Positions 62,244 to 64,000 of a stretch of DNA of 64,000 bases are shown in pieces (positions within the stretch are counted from its first letter, which is position 1; every line of letters begins with the position of its first letter). This stretch comes from Takakia lepidozioides (taxonomy: Eukaryota > Plantae > Bryophyta), in the NCBI GenBank assembly GCA_030704615.1, contig CM060733.1:8680001-8744000 (forward strand), written 5' to 3'. Below the pieces are notes generated by a model. That model ran no database searches, was not told the origin of the DNA, and was given only the letters and a program-made list of their open reading frames with translations. A program made the translations under genes and the position numbers.

Positions 62244-63729
62244 ATCGAGGATGCCAGTACTGAGAGTGGGGGAGGAGTTGAAATGGGAGAGACTAGCCCT
62301 GCGATCAGGAAGCAGCTGTGAATATCAGGTCCAGGGCTTGCAAGCATACCGGTGGTATGAAGTCAAGATCTCTCACCCTGCCTCTGTATGTATCTTTTCT
62401 CTGTTTATCCTCTTTGAATTTATGTTTGATCCTTGGAGCCAGAGACATCAGTCTTGTAGGAGTTCCTGCCTACTCTGGGCGGAAGTTTCAGGGTTCAGGG
62501 TTTATGAGTGAGTTGAAACTTGGCAAACCACATGGCGCTCTGCCAGTGGGTTCTGCCTTGAATTCCAATTTTAGAGAAGGGAAAAAGTTTATGGAAAGGA
62601 ATGTGGGGTTGGGAGAGGGAGAGGGATAGATATTGTGTTATCAGCCTGACAAGTAGGTATTGAAGCAGTTCCGCGAAGACAGATTTTATGCCTGAAATGA
62701 AATTACACTGGCAGCCCTGCACAATTATTGAATGCCCAGCTGCATATCACCTCTGCCTTAAGACCTGGCCTTCAGGGTTGATAGTGATCCCTGTTCCGTA
62801 TTTGTTCAGCCAACCTTGGCCTCTCTCTCTCTCTCTCTCTCGGCTGAGCCTAAAGCCCTGGCCCTGTCAGGGTCTAATTGCTGGGCAGCTCACACACAGC
62901 AGATGATGCTTGTGCGAAGGGCTTTCTTGAGGAAATCTGGAAAGCTGGAACTTATTTATGAGGTTAAGTCCCTCTACTGGAGTGAGCTCCACACAAAGGT
63001 AGTGTCTGTTCCCTCTTGTTCCCCGCAAATTGGGTGCGGGTCTACGGTCACAAATCTACAGCAAACAATGTCTTATGAGTACATTCTCTCTGTTTGATAC
63101 CTTCTTTTGTGTTATGGCAGATACCTGCAAGCTTTGATTTGAGTCTTGCATGGGAGAGCCCAAGGAATCTGCAGGGGTCAAGAAGAAAGCTTCTCAACAC
63201 CGAAAAGTTGATATTTCATGTGAATGAAAGCGTCACCTGGCAGGCAAGTCTGCTTGTGGAGTTTATTTATTTCTCTCTCCCCTCTGAGGTTGTTGTTGAA
63301 AGTTTGCTAAAGTTTTTTCCTGGTAATGGAATGTCTGTGACTGCCACAAAATTATTGTCTCTAAACTTAGTTTCAGCCGTTTGTGTCCGATGGGGTCAAA
63401 TACTTTGAGGCTATGGCCCTTGTGTGGGGCTATTCATTGTGTTCATATGATATATCCTCCCCTTATCTTTCTTTCCATGGAGGAAACGAAGTGGACGACC
63501 TTCGGCCGTCTCTCCAGCGTTAGCGTTGCTGCCTCGCGTGGGTCGGACCCAAAAGAGTCAGGGCATTGTGTTGTTGCTGTACACTCACCATCATCTATGA
63601 CTGACATTGTGGCTGGTCAGCAGGCAAGGATGGGAGCTTTGACTGCAAAAGTGCTGGTAGTGGTACACCCAGCTGGTGTTGTAGCCCAGCAACACACCCC
63701 AGACCAGCCCTTTATCATTTACAACATCA
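62244..63729 (+). CDS. Conserved plant protein of unknown function (partial); exons 62244-62385, 63121-63243, ~63621-63729; start unresolved, continues past the window
   Basis: Spliced LRVGEEL...GLQAYRWYEVKISHPAS/IPASFDLSL...RRKLLNTEKLIF.../...VLVVVHPAGVVA...IIYNI. Donors GTATGT, GCAAGT (GC-AG) and GTACGT. Confidence 0.7.
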
Positions 63730-64000
63730 GTACGTCTCATTCCATGCTTGGTGTGTGTGTGCATGCTTGAGAGGTATTGATTAGGCTTGGGTTGAAGTGG
63801 ACATGTCCAGAATATGGTCTGCAATCCCTGCCGCATTCCGGGGTGTGTTGGCATGAACAGACCCTATCCTGACTAGGTGTCATTCAATTTCTCGTGTGAA
63901 AAGTAATGCACTTGTTGAGCAAGTTGGGGTTTCAACTCAAGCTTGAGAATAGCATGGCTCATGAATTGTGGGAGGGAGTGTGAGTGGTTGCTAATATAGG

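Overview
Nuclear genomic DNA of a land plant. PPR-DYW genes, GT-AG introns and plant TE lineages are present; a seed-free plant (bryophyte, lycophyte or fern) is my inference, not proven. Five host genes are recognisable: an intronless vacuolar Na+/H+ antiporter (NHX, 5345-7006) directly behind a 3x195-bp tandem repeat; a 3-exon At2g27730-like mitochondrial protein (24435-25966, minus); an intact intronless PLS-E-DYW PPR editing factor (51374-53023); a 2-exon phospholipase A2-like gene (54735-55564, minus); and a multi-exon gene running off the right edge (62244 onward). A 476-codon ORF of unknown function lies at 59099-60529. The rest is mostly transposon-derived. It includes a complete Ty1/copia element (14918-23011, with LTRs, TSD, PBS and PPT) carrying a second, one-LTR copia fragment joined by microhomology; an LTR with a long non-gag/pol ORF (9553-13704); an L1-type LINE; a broken chromovirus-like Ty3/gypsy element with an orphan SWEET exon inside; foldback/MITE-like elements; and tRNA-derived SINEs. 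The least explained structures are two elements (1-3135 and 43810-49350) that carry decayed unknown genes and are each saturated with a private short motif (CAGACT and GGTTACA respectively). All family assignments come from motif recognition by eye; no database searches were run.
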